64,000 nt of DNA. Source: Octopus sinensis. Its lineage: Eukaryota. This document shows positions 47,688 to 60,390 of the stretch, one piece after another. Position 1 is the first letter of the stretch. Each line of letters begins with the position of its first letter. Location: NCBI RefSeq assembly GCF_006345805.1, contig NC_042998.1, positions 180,172,001 to 180,236,000 of the forward strand, written 5' to 3'. The notes under the pieces were generated by a model. The model saw only the letters and a list, made by a program, of their open reading frames with translations, was not told where the DNA came from and did not search any database. Both the position numbers and the translations under genes were made by a program.

Positions 47688-49334
47688 TGTGTCTGTGTAT
47701 GTGTGTGCATGTACCTTCATAATTGGGAGGCTGTGTGTGTGTGTGTATGTTCAGAAGTACCTGCGCATATACATGGTTTTTTTCATGTATGAATCTGTGA
47801 GTTTGTCTTTGTATGAATGCGTGTATGTTCATATGAGTGAGAGTGTAAATATATATTATGATCGTGCTGAAGCATGAGTTGTGTGTGTCTATATGTAAAA
47901 GGATGTGGTAATGCTGGTATCTGTATTTGAATAAATACCCGAGTGCGCAGGCGTGTGAGTACGTGCGCGCCCATGAATGTGTCTGTATATATGTTTATGA
48001 ATATAGATGCGTGCGTATGTGTTAATTACATTGTGTTTGTTTGCATGAATGTTTTTGATAAGGTATACGTTGGAAGTGTACGTATGTTATACAACGTAAA
48101 CAGAGTACAAACAAATGGTTCATACATAGACAAAGAGAGAGAGAGGGAGACAGGAAAGAGATGGAGAAGGAGATATAAAGAGAAGTGTAAGATTAAATTA
48201 ACTAAGGAGATAAGAGATTTTCTTTTTTTTTTTTTTTTGTAAAGTAGGAGACGTGTTATCCGTTAGTATGCTGTGGGATTTTGTAGAAGGAAAAAATCCA
48301 TACAGATAACAAAACTGAATAGTAAGTTTCAAGCTGAAATAGCACGTCACCATCATGGGAATTCTAAGACAAATAGCGGCATGCCCGTTTGTAACATCTT
48401 TAGATTCTGTGGTTTATGCAATTAGTAATAAAAGGGGTGAATGAGATTAGAAGTAGTCGAAGCCATTACCAGCGTGTTGCAAACAATCTCATGTGTAGGA
48501 ATCTCTCTTAAATAATATATTCCAAAAATTTTCCTTGCTGCATCTCTTTTAATTGCAATCAGATCAAAACACAAATTTCGGCTCCTGCACGAATTATTCT
48601 CTTAATGATTTTAAGCAATGGCCTTTTGAACATGATGGGATAAATCTTATGTAAATATATATTTTAGTTATGTCTCCGGCCATTTAAAATATATTTAATA
48701 TATTCTAAATAATTATCTTCACAACTGCGCAACATATTCTTAGTCATGTCAGAATATGTGGCACAAGATTGTGCTACACTAATTTCCAACTTTCGACGCT
48801 GATATTCTCATCCATTTCCATCCATTCTGGTAATGCATTCTCCAATCATCGGACATAACGATTAAACAATATTCATTAGATGTCTGTAGATATATACATG
48901 GGTTCGTTTCATGTGAAACTCAACTGAAGTGTTAGATCTTCAAGGTGTCAAATCATTTGAACAGACCTAAAAATGTTATAGGGAAGGGGTATGACCAATA
49001 GATTAAGCTCATTACATTGCAAGTAATTGTGGCCCAGGGGGGAAATTAAAAGTAATGTCAACGCAACAGTCTTTGAAATTGGAGCACAAAAGAGGGGATG
49101 TTAAATAATATAATGCATAGTTTTTCCGGCACTACGAAATCTATCTATCCCTCACTCCACATCCGATATGCTCTACAAGTAACATTCTCGTAGATAAAGT
49201 CACTATATTTGTTACTCATTTTGATTACATTTTCATATAGATAACAAAATGTCACCGTAACTCTTCTCTTCACCAATGACTGCTTCACAATAATGAATAT
49301 GTCACTTACATGCGTCTACGTTTCAGCTCCTTAT

Positions 49335-49650
49335 AATTTACAGTATGGTTTCCGTAGAACCAGATCTATCGAAAGTACGAATTGCTACGTACGCAGCAGA
49401 GGCCTTTATATTTTCGATGTCCATGAAGGATACATAAATAAAATTTTAAACTCTTTAAAATGTTACGCCTTACAGATCTCTAATGATTTTTCAGGACGAT
49501 CTCGCATATAGAACATTGCTAAAACTGAATCCCAAGCTTACTATATTAGGGTGAAAGAGTACCTAAGGCTGTCACTTTTGCCGCTTTATATTAAAGAGCT
49601 GCTTGTAAATCTGGGACAGTCTCATTACTGCACAACAGCCCAGATTGCAT

Positions 49651-49735
<85 letters not shown>

Positions 49736-49764
49736 CAACAACAATAATAATAATAATAATAATA

Positions 49765-49795
<31 letters not shown>

Positions 49796-49848
49796 AAACA
49801 ACAACAATAACAGTAACAACAACAACAACAATAATAATGATAATAATG

Positions 49849-49895
<47 letters not shown>

Positions 49896-50330
49896 CTAGG
49901 TTCATTGGCAAAGTCTAATTTCACCATTACTACAACAACCATACGGTAGTTGCTCTACTTTCCTCTCTTAAAAGCCATGTCTAAGATTTTTTTAAGCCCA
50001 TCTCATGTATCCAGAGCTATCTGCGTAGCATTACAGGACCCTAGGCAATTCATATAAGGCATTAGGCCTTATATGAATTATTTCTCTATAACACATCTTA
50101 GCATGTACAGATCATGCTAAACTCATGAGGTCTCTGGGCAATTGTCCGGTGTGCCCATGCCTTAAGACGAGTCGGCATGTATCTGCCTCTTCTCTCCTTA
50201 TCTGTTTTTTTTCTCCCACTCATCAGACCATGTACTAATCCTTTTGCAAAGTCGTTTGTTCCTAGAACTGCAGAGTTCTGGAACAGCCATCCACACTCGA
50301 TATGTAAGTTGAAGATGACCACCAAGCATA
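49335..50330 (+). mobile_element. Highly decayed CR1/Jockey-group LINE remnant split by (AAT)n
   Basis: LQYGFRRTRS...VHEGYINKI (49335-49510) and TNPFAKSFVPRTAEFWNSHP (50215-50300). Confidence 0.55.
49652..49895. repeat. Long (AAT/AAC)n microsatellite
   Basis: Direct observation. Confidence 0.95.
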
Positions 50331-50879
50331 TCGATCTGATGAGTCCCGTAAGACGAGCACATTTCGTAGGTATTACACACCTTTATCTAAAATACCAAAT
50401 TCCACAACATTTAAATATTGCTTTATTTCAGCACAAAGCAAACTGAAGTTTTTCCACAAATGTTTTAAATATCAGGTAGTTAACATCTCCTTTTAATTCC
50501 TTCTATAAACTCTTAGTGCACAGAGGCAGTAATCTAGTTGCGAGTATTCAGGATCTATTCCCTTTGAGATGGTAACTAATGTTTTCAAGATGATATCAAA
50601 ACTATTTTCGACAAGAGGCATTTTGAACTAACTTTCAGAATTTAGTGTCTGACTCAGCGTGACAATACAATGTTTTTTCCGAATAATAATAAATCACAAT
50701 TTGTAGACCAAACAAGTCAACATTTTATTCCCTTAGATACTTCACAATTAAAGAGATGATATAAACACTCGAATTTTTCTTCAGTTCATCAACATAAAAA
50801 ACAAAAACTGTGTAATTGGAATAGATTTAAATCCATTCATGAAAAAGAAAAAGACGTAATATACATATGTGAGTTTGTA

Positions 50880-50913
<34 letters not shown>

Positions 50914-50994
50914 CGTGTATGTGTGTGTGCGTGCGTGCGTTTGTGTGTGCGCGTTTGTATTCATGTATGTGTGTATTCTTTTTGTGTTAGTCTT

Positions 50995-51195
50995 CTATTT
51001 GTTTTAGTCATTTGACTGCGGCCATGCTGGAGCACCGACTTTAGTCGAGCAAATCGACCCCAGGACTTATTCTTTGATAGCCCAGTACTTATTCTATTGG
51101 TCGCTTTTACCGAATCACTAAGTTACGAAGGAGTAATCAGGCCATCATCCCTTGTCAAGCGATGGTGGTGGGACAAACAGACACACAATCACATA
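50995..51195 (-). mobile_element. CORE-type SINE tail half
   Basis: GACTGCGGCCATGCTGGAGCACC...GTCAAGCGATGG. Confidence 0.8.
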
Positions 51196-51213
51196 CACAC
51201 ACACACACGCACG

Positions 51214-51269
<56 letters not shown>

Positions 51270-51421
51270 AGAGGCATTCCTTTCTAGAGGACCCAAGGAG
51301 TGTCAGGTACCGCTAAGTGCTATGGACAGACTGTAGTTAAACTCGTGGGTCGATAGTGATACGACTGAGGAATTTAAAGTGGGTCTTGTATTAGCATACA
51401 CACACACATACACACACACAC

Positions 51422-51452
<31 letters not shown>

Positions 51453-51544
51453 TGTATGTATGTATGAATTAGGCAAAAAGAGATAACCAAGCCAAGGCTG
51501 TGAGGAGTTTCCAGGACATTTATAAGTAAAGATATATAGAGATA

Positions 51545-51592
51545 GTCTTACAGCTGTTTCTGGGATATTATGGATATTCCTTCATCAGAGAC
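51545..51592 (-). ncRNA. Minimal hammerhead motif (Penelope type)
   Basis: gtct-CTGATGA-AGGAATAT/ccata/ATATCCCA-GAAA-CAGCTG-TA-agac; perfect stem I, ACAGCTGT palindrome, GTA triplet; stem II has mismatches. Confidence 0.65.
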
Positions 51593-51777
51593 GATGTGAG
51601 ATGGTTAAATAGAGGTTAAATAGCTGTTATACAAACTGAAAAATCCAGCAGAAGAAGATTTGATTTGTTATTTTTTTTCTGAAACGATAAAAACTTCGAC
51701 CAATATCAAAAAGTTAACAGAAGAAATTACAGATGGTTATGTGCAGTCCCTTCTGAAGTTCGAAGTGTTATGTATGC

Positions 51778-52260
51778 AAAATTTCCTGCAATTGTCATAG
51801 TTTTAGGGCTTGTCAGCAGTGAAGGACATGTGATGCCTCCTTACTTCTTTCCACAAGGCTTAGAGTTAACTCTACCGCCTATATTGAGGTCCTGGGAATA
51901 ATTGTTAAGCCCTGGATAGACAGTGTATGTAATGGAAGGCCATATGTGTTTCAGTAAGACTCTGCACTATCACACATGGTTCTAGTAACATAGGAATGGA
52001 TGGCTGAAAATTTTCATGATCACATAACCCATAACATTTGGCCTCCTAATTCCCCAGATCTCAATCCGTCGGACAATTACATATGGAGCGTTATTGAGAG
52101 AGAGGTCAATGAACAAGCCCATAATACAGAAGATTCTTTGAAAGCTGTAGTATTCAGAGTAATGTCCAAAAAGAACCAGTACCAATTAATTCGGGAAGGT
52201 AGATGATTCAGATCCCATAGAGAAACAGTTGTTGAAGCTGAAGGTAGCTTTATTGTATAA
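51778..52260 (+). mobile_element. Tc1/mariner DD37D (maT-like) transposase remnant
   Basis: KFPAIVIVLGLVSSEGHVMPPYFF...D(51958)...WPPNSPDLNPS-D(52072); 37 codons between the last two Asp; in-frame stops. Confidence 0.85.
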
Positions 52261-52386
52261 CATTATAGGAAATAAGGTTTGCAATCGCCCCGAACGCCGA
52301 TCCGAGAATTCCTTCGACTGACCACGGATCATTTAGCATGTGCTAGCCCGGAATGTGCTAGCCCTGAATCAAACGAACGAGCTGGC

Positions 52387-52436
52387 CCTACTGAAGATGG
52401 CTACAACAATAGCCGGAACTGACCGGTCAGCCTAAG
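52387..52436 (+). ncRNA. Degenerate hammerhead motif inside an inverted-repeat element
   Basis: ccta-CTGAAGA-T-GGCTA/caacaa/TAGCC-GGAA-CTGACCGGTCAG-CC-taag; GAAA changed to GGAA and GTC to GCC. Confidence 0.5.
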
Positions 52437-52677
52437 CAATTCTCGGTTCGGTATTCAGGGCGGTTGTAACCCCTACGTTATGTGCTTTGTAACATCAATT
52501 TAGCTCACATTTCTATCAATGTAGGGGTTATTCACACCCTTAGTCAAGTTTAGTTCATGACTATAACTTTCCCTTACGATAAAACGTTACAAATGTTATA
52601 TGTATGTATGTATTTATGTATGTATGTATGTATATATAAGTGTGTGTGTGTGTATGTATATATATTCTTTTATTCTT

Positions 52678-53010
52678 TTCTTTTACTTGTTTCAGTCATT
52701 TGACTGCGGCCATACTGGAGCACCGCCTGGTACTTATTCTATCGGTCGCTATCACCGAACCGCTAAGTTACGGGGACGAAAATGTACCAGCATCGGTTGT
52801 CAAGCGATGTTGGGTGCGGGACAAACACAGGCACACAAACACACACACATATGACGGGCTTCTTTCAGTTTCCATCTATCAAATCCATTCACAAGGCATT
52901 GGTCGGTCTGAGGCTATAGTAGAAAACACACAAGGTGGCAAGCAGTGGGACTGAACATGGAATCATGTCGATGGGAAGCAAGCTACTTACCACACAGCCA
53001 TACCTGCACC
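52678..53010 (-). mobile_element. CORE-type SINE, internally deleted
   Basis: Homologous to other copies. Confidence 0.85.
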
Positions 53011-53152
53011 TATATATATGGGTGTCTGTGTATGTGTGTGTGTGTGTGTGTGAGTGTGTGAGCATGTGTGTGTATGTGTGTGTGTGTGTTTGTGTGTAAT
53101 GTATGTATGTACATATATAAGAGTTAAGAAGTTGAGTAGATTAATATACAGA

Positions 53153-53342
53153 CTACATATGTTTCATAGCGAGCGGAACCTCGGAAGTGGTAAATATCGA
53201 AGCGAGGTGTATACCGCAGGCTACTCTTCAAACCAAGGGTATCTTGATGAAAGTTTACACTGTCATTAGGGAGATACATATTAATACACGGACGATTCGA
53301 TCAAGTTCTGATCAAGTTCCGCTCGCTTTGAAACCTATGTAG
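53153..53342. mobile_element. MITE with 27-bp TIRs
   Basis: CTACATATGTTTCATAGCGAGCGGAAC vs GTTCCGCTCGCTTTGAAACCTATGTAG, 2 mismatches. Confidence 0.75.
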
Positions 53343-53595
53343 CCAGATATTATCTACTCGATTCCTGAACTCTTGTATTTTATTCGCATATCTGCAAACC
53401 CTGGCAGCCTACTGTTGAAATATAAAACAATTCTTTTCAGCTTATCATACTTCGATAAAGAAAATATCCACAGCATTCCGCCTCAATAAACCACTATTGT
53501 TCCCGAAAATTGTTTTTTTCATATTTTCTATGGCTTGCTTGAAGCTAACCTACTTCTTATACCTCGATACTTAGATCTTCCATTTACACCCGCCC

Positions 53596-53650
<55 letters not shown>

Positions 53651-53664
53651 GTATATATATGTAA

Positions 53665-53883
53665 GTGTGTGTGTATATGTTTGTGTGTCTGTGTTTGTCC
53701 CCCTAGCATTGCTTGACAACCGATGCTGGTGTGTTTACGTCCCCGTCATTTAGCGATTCGGCAAAAAAGACCGGGCTTACAAAGAATAAGTCCCGGGGTT
53801 GATTTGCTCGACTAAAGGCGGTGCTCCAGCATGGCCGAAGTCAAATGACTCAAACAAGTAAAAGAGTAAAAGAGAGTAAAGAG

Positions 53884-53885
<2 letters not shown>
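53665..53885 (+). mobile_element. CORE-type SINE tail half
   Basis: Ends AAACAAGTAAAAGAGTAAAAGAGAG. Confidence 0.8.
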
Positions 53886-53930
<45 letters not shown>

Positions 53931-53964
53931 ATATTATTTCTAAGCAGCAGAAATATGACGAAAG

Positions 53965-54002
53965 CTGTTACTCAGAGTTTCACTTTCCCGTTCGTCGGAC
54001 AG
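53965..54002 (-). ncRNA. Minimal hammerhead motif, CCGACGA core variant
   Basis: ctgt-CCGACGA-AC/gggaaa/GT-GAAA-CTCTGAG-TA-acag; perfect stem I, ACTC-T-GAGT stem III, GTA triplet. Confidence 0.55.
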
Positions 54003-54959
54003 TTTTGTTAAAATAGAACAGAAATATCAATTTGGTCAAAACTAGTTGAAGGATACACCTTTAAAATTGGATTTGTTTCATTGGTCCTTTCAAATAACGG
54101 TCTTAAGCATGCGATAAACAAAATAAACAAAATAAATGGATTCGATATAAATTATAAATTATGAAAAAAAAATCGAGGAAAAACCTTAAATCGAAGAGCG
54201 GATTCAAAATACATAAAGTCATTAATTATATAGAAATATAATTCGATTAATACAATTAACACATAAAAATTGAAATATATTAAAATATTTCACAACTATA
54301 TATGTACATCAAAATACACAAATAGATGTACACAGACCACATACATATGCTGACATATAAATGCAAAACGTAAATATACACACAAATACACATATACATA
54401 TGTATATGCAATATTAATGTTTCTCTGACTTCATATATAAGCATCAAGCCAGATATTTTCTGAACGTGAGAAATTGAGCAATCTGGAAGCTGTGGTGTTC
54501 ATCTCTTGCTTATAGTGATTTGACTTAAAAGTAGACTCGTATTCACTAAGCATCGAATATTTCATTATACTGCATCAAAGATTTTTACGTTATTAGTTAT
54601 TCTGCATATCACAATTGTATGTGCGGACGTCTACCGTATATTACAACGATAAACGTGCAATGTATGCGTACATGTGTGCGAATGAATATCTGCGCCAATG
54701 GAATCCTATGTGACTGGCTGTGTAACAAATGTTATTAAAATATTGTATCGGGCGAGACGTGTGAGGCAACAAGGCTTGGTACTTGGTACTATCTAAGTGA
54801 AGCGAAATAGAAGGGTAGATAATTGGTAATGTGTCACGGCGGTTACAGACTCGGCAAAATGACAGACAATTCGCTGGGATTAATAATATATTTGATTTCT
54901 TGCTTCAACGACGGGGAAAATGAATTCATGTACATTATCTGCTTCCCACCTTCTGCTGT

Positions 54960-55184
54960 CATCTCTCTCTTTCTCTCTCACTCTCTCCTCTCGCTCTCTC
55001 TCTCTCTCTCCCTCTCTCTCTATCTGTCTATCTATCTATTTATATATCTGTCTGTCTGGTTTTCTCTGTCTATCAGACTCTTTCTCTCTCACTCTCTCCT
55101 TCTCTCACGCACTCTTTCTCTCTCTCCTCTCTCTCTCTCTCTCATTCTCTACTTCTCTCACGCACTCTTTCTCTCTCTCTCTCC

Positions 55185-55228
<44 letters not shown>

Positions 55229-55896
55229 CCTATCTATCTATCTATTTATCTATCTGTCTGTCTGGTTTTCTCTGTCTATCAGACTCTTTCTCTCTCCTTC
55301 TCTCTCTCTTTCGGTCGTTTGCACTCCCCCTATACCTCTCATCGAGGTAGCAACTATTCCAGACAGTTCTCAACTCTTGAGACTCAAAAGAAGATTAAAA
55401 GAATTGATATGTCATGGGTGGCGTTCTCCCGTCCTGAAGAACATGCAACGAAAACCAATAATTTAAGGGTTTGAAAATACAAAAAAGAAAAAAAAAAAGA
55501 AAAAAGAAATAGATAAAAATCACGCAAAAGAAAAACACCAACTAAAACCACAAAAAAATAAATAAATCAAAATCGAAGGACGGCACGACAGATATTCACT
55601 CAAATAATGAGTGATTTGTGTGTGTGTGTGTGTCTTTGTGTGTGTGTGTGCGCACAAACATATACATAAAGACACACACACGTGCAAATATATATATATA
55701 TATAGATATGTGTGTGTATGTATATGTATACACAGACAGACATATGCACACACATACACACATATATATATATCATATGTATATATATATGTATATTTCA
55801 TATATTATATATATATTTATATATATACATATATATACATATATATGTATGTATGTATATGTATGTATATATATATATATATTACATAGTATATAT

Positions 55897-55927
<31 letters not shown>

Positions 55928-56374
55928 CGTATTATACTTATTATAATATATATACATATATATATAATATATACATAAATACATATATATATACATATAT
56001 ACACGTACAATATATATATACATGCACACGAACATATATATACATACACATATACATACATATATACATACACATACATATATACATACACACATACATA
56101 CCTACACACACACATATATATATATCATATGTATATATATATATGTATATTTCATATTATATATAATATATATATATATATACATACATATATATACATA
56201 TATATATATATACATAAATACATATATATACATACATATATATACATATATAAATACACATATATATACATGCACACGAACATATATATATATATATACA
56301 TACACACATACATACATATATACATACACATATATATATACATACACCCATACATACATACATACACACACAAA

Positions 56375-56420
<46 letters not shown>

Positions 56421-56425
56421 CACAC

Positions 56426-56458
<33 letters not shown>

Positions 56459-56475
56459 ATATATATAATATATAT
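54960..56475. repeat. Compound (TC)n/(TATC)n and (TA)/(CA)/(TACA) microsatellite fields
   Basis: Direct observation. Confidence 0.9.
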
Positions 56476-56979
56476 GGGGTAGCGCTATTAAGTTAGTCAT
56501 AGCGTGGCCCATTTCAGACAGAAACTTATCTGAGTTATAATGTATGTTCGCGCGCGTGTCCGTGTGTGCGCGCGAATGCATATAAGACCTGTATAGGTAG
56601 GGAAATAGACATGTATATATATATATATGTGCGCTGTATAAGCTTCAATATATATATCTCCTTATATTGTGTATATAGACACATACGCAAGCGCACTCAC
56701 GGGCAGGCAAGCAGTCACAGCCACACAGACATCATCGACAACACCAACAACATGAGCCCCCAAACACATACATAACGTGTAGGACATCATATAAGAACGT
56801 AGGAAAGTGTGAAAAGGCGGGAGGTGGGTGAGAAAAAGTTTCGCATCGTTGCCGTCGGAGCGGTTTCTTCGTGAGACTACATCAGATCTGTTTGTACCAT
56901 CTCTCCTATCCTTTCAAACATATCGCATTCTCATCATCTTCACTCTTTCCTTCTTTTTTTCTTCTTCTCTCTGCTTCTA

Positions 56980-57208
56980 CTTCTTCGTCACTACCACTAC
57001 CACTACCACCCTCGTCCTTGTCATCATAATCGTCGTCGTCGTCGACTTTTTCGTTCTTACGTCTGTTTTGTATATGTCTTTTTTCTTTCTTCTTATTTCT
57101 TCGTATTTCCCCTTCCCTTTCTTCTTCTTCCTCTCTCCTCCTCCTCCTTCTTCTTCTCTTCTTCTTCTTCTTCTTCTTCTTCTTCTTCTCTTCCTTCTTC
57201 TTCTTCCT

Positions 57209-57240
<32 letters not shown>

Positions 57241-57315
57241 TTCTTCTCCTTCTTCTCATTCCTACAATCTATTAACATTCTCCTTCTGCATCTCCTTTGC
57301 ATATTCCGCCGTCAG

Positions 57316-57351
<36 letters not shown>

Positions 57352-57460
57352 CACTGCTGCTGCTGCTGCTTCTGCTGCTGCTCCCACTACTACACTACTA
57401 CTACTACTACTACTTCTACTACTTCAACTACTACTACTTCAACTGCTGCTGCTGCAATCT
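56980..57460. repeat. Compound trinucleotide field (CTT)n-(ACT)n-(GCT)n
   Basis: Direct observation. Confidence 0.9.
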
Positions 57461-57639
57461 CTAATAACCCCAACACCAGTAGATTCTACCGAATCACCAC
57501 CACAACATCAACATTACCATCATCATCCCCAATCCTATTACTACGACCACCAGCAGCAATAACGACTATAAGAAGAGCATACATTTTATTCATTAATCAA
57601 ATAAACAGTCTAAAGATATGGACAAGACTAACATTCATT

Positions 57640-58071
57640 AAGGTGGTGAGCTGGCAGAAACGTTAGCACGCCAGGCGAAATGCTTAGCGGTATTTCGTCT
57701 GCCGTTATGTTCTGAGTTCAAATTCCGCCGAGGTCGACTTTGCCTTTCATCCTTTCGGGGTCGATTAAATAAGTACCAGTTACGCACTAGGGTCGATGTA
57801 ATCGACTTAATCCATTTGTCTGTCCTTGTTTGTCCCCTCTGTGTTTAGCCCCTTGTGGGCAATAAAGAAATAAGAAACGTTAGCACGCTGGCGAAATGTT
57901 TAGCGGTATTTCGTCTGCCGTTACGTTCTGAGTTCAAATTCCGCCGAGGTCGACTTTGCCTTTCATCCTTTCGGAGTCGATAAATTAAGTACCAGTTGCG
58001 TACTGTGTCGATCTAATCGAATGACCCCCTCACCCAAAATTTCGGGCTTTGTGCCTAGAGTAGAAAAGAAT
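57640..58071 (+). mobile_element. Meta-like SINE dimer with one TSD
   Basis: ACTAACATTCATT at 57627-57639 and 58072-58084; the second unit has the alternative tail. Confidence 0.85.
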
Positions 58072-59117
58072 ACTAACATTCATTGCCCCGAAACAAATAA
58101 ATAGTTTAAAATTTTAATTGGAGTGTAAGGTAATTAGTTCTGCGGATATTCTTTAACAGATGAAATTAACACCAATACTAGGGTTGGTTCTTTACTTTAT
58201 AGACGCTGCAAGTATGAAAGGATCTCGGCGAGATTTGAACTCAGAACATAAAAACCGGAACAAATAAAAGTAATCAGTTTAACTGAAGTTCTAATGTCAC
58301 AGCTAAATGATCATTCTGCTGCCACTAGTAATGATTTCAAACTTTGGCACACGGCAAATAATTTCGGATGAGGAGGTGAGGGTGGTAAGTCGATTACGTC
58401 GACCCCAGTGCTCAACTAGTATTTATTTTACTGACCCCGAAAGGATGAAAAACAAGATCGATCTCGACGGCACCCTTTCCCAGATTTCACTGTCATCCGT
58501 TGATCGTTAGCTATAACACTTTTTTTTGTTATATAGATATAAGGCCAAAAAGGTTTTGAGGGAACGGTCGTTTATATTAATCCCAGTATATTCCTAGAAC
58601 TTTATTGCATCTTCCCCTGAAGGAAGTCAATGAGAACCAAGGCAAGATTTTGAATTCAAAACGTACAAGACCGTAACAAATTATTACCTAGTTGTAACGA
58701 TTCTGCAGATAATAATCAGCTCTCGGATAGACAGAAGACCAGGAGCAAAAATGGTCAACTAAGTCGATTCAAGTTTTTGACTGGTATTGTATAACTTATC
58801 GATTTTGGAAGATGGAAAGAAAAGTTAATCTCAGTGAGAATTGAACTCGTATATTATAGAGCCATAACTAAATAGCACAAAGTATTTTGATGGATGCTCT
58901 TGCGATTCTGTAAATAACAATAAGAGTAATAATTCATTCTTTTGTAAGCACATGGCAAGTAATTTTGAAGGATTACTTTGACCAAGTGATCAACTGGTGC
59001 TATATTTTGTCGACTCCGAAAGGATAAAAGATACGTCGACCTAATCGACATTTGAACTCAGAACGTAAAAACCGAAGAAACACTGCTTAGCTTTTTGCTC
59101 TGCATGCTAACGATTCT

Positions 59118-60390
59118 GATTTCTTTAATTAGACACAAGGCCTCAATAGAGAAAAGACAAAACAATACATTAGGGTACATAGAACACATAGCCTATGAAT
59201 TGTGATATAATGACAATGAGAATGAAATGGCTTTACTAACCCCACAAAGCAGGTAGTTCCATTTTACTGTTTATGTATCACGTATTAACTTTACAGTTCA
59301 CTATTCTTATTTTGCATCGTTTTTTTCTTTGTTTTAGAAGCCATTATTTTGAAATTCTAAGTATTTCACTTACTTTCATAGTAAATATTGCATTATATCT
59401 ATTTCTTCACTACCCACAAGGGGCTAAACACAGAGAAGACAAACAAGGACATACAAACGGATTAAGTCGATTATATGTTTCTTTATTACCCACAAGGGGC
59501 TAAACACAGAGGGGACAAACAAGGACAGACAAACGGATTAAGTCGATTACATCGACCCCAGTGCGTAACTGGTACTTAATTTATCGACCCCGAAAGGATG
59601 AAAGGCAAGTCGACCTCGGCGGAATTTGAACTCAAAACGTAAAGGTAGACGAAATACGGCTACCCATTTCGCCCGGCGTGCTAACGTTTCTGCCAGCTCG
59701 CCGCCTTCATGGTAAATATTGTATTATATCTACAAATACCACCACTGGCGGCATCTTTTCGTATCGAACCTGTAACGGCCATATTTCAATTTTTTCACCA
59801 AATAGTTCCTTTAACCTTTCACATTTCGAGCAAGACCGCCCTGTCGTCCTCAGTACTCTCCCTCCCTGATAACTTGACTCTAATTACATTTTTCATTTTT
59901 ATAATCTTCCTCTCGATCTCTACACTCTTTTTATAGGTTATCATCGTTCGAATGTGTTTTCTTTTTGGTACCAACTCTCGTTTTCCATCGTTATTCTCTC
60001 CTGATGTTCCTGGTATTGGTGTCTCATCCTTCTCTGTTTTTCTCTTACTCTTTGTTGTGACTATCTCTCTTCTCTCTTCCTTTCCTTTCTGCGCACTTCT
60101 TTCCTCCTCCGTAATTTTCCTTTTTTTTTTTGTATCTCTGGTCTTTCCCATTGATTCTCCTCTATATTTTCTTTTCTATTTTTCTGTGGACTTTGGGTGG
60201 TGAATTAACGTTTTCTTCTCTTTTCTTTCTATGTTATTCACCACTTCACCCGTAAATGGGGAAGAAAATTTTAAAACGGTAACAAGTTCAACAGATTACA
60301 ACAATCCAACAATTCAATAATTAACGGTTAAACAAAAACGGTGCTCTCAAGGAACATATACACTTCCAACTCACTAACTCAGACAAAACA
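59118..60390 (-). mobile_element. Solitary ORF1-only Tx1/L1-type unit interrupted by a Meta-like SINE
   Basis: 5' UTR 60390-60160, Lys/Glu-rich ORF 60151-59819, frameshifted KYG..RFDTKDAA motif, shared 3' terminus at 59118-59175. Confidence 0.6.
59401..59711 (-). mobile_element. Meta-like SINE with duplicated tail and 20-bp TSD
   Basis: GTAAATATTG(C/T)ATTATATCT at 59381-59400 and 59712-59731. Confidence 0.9.

Noticed and set aside
48350-48900. Complex unique sequence with short open frames on both strands
   Set aside because: No consistent frame or recognisable motif; could be ancient TE decay or an exon, and is unresolvable by eye.
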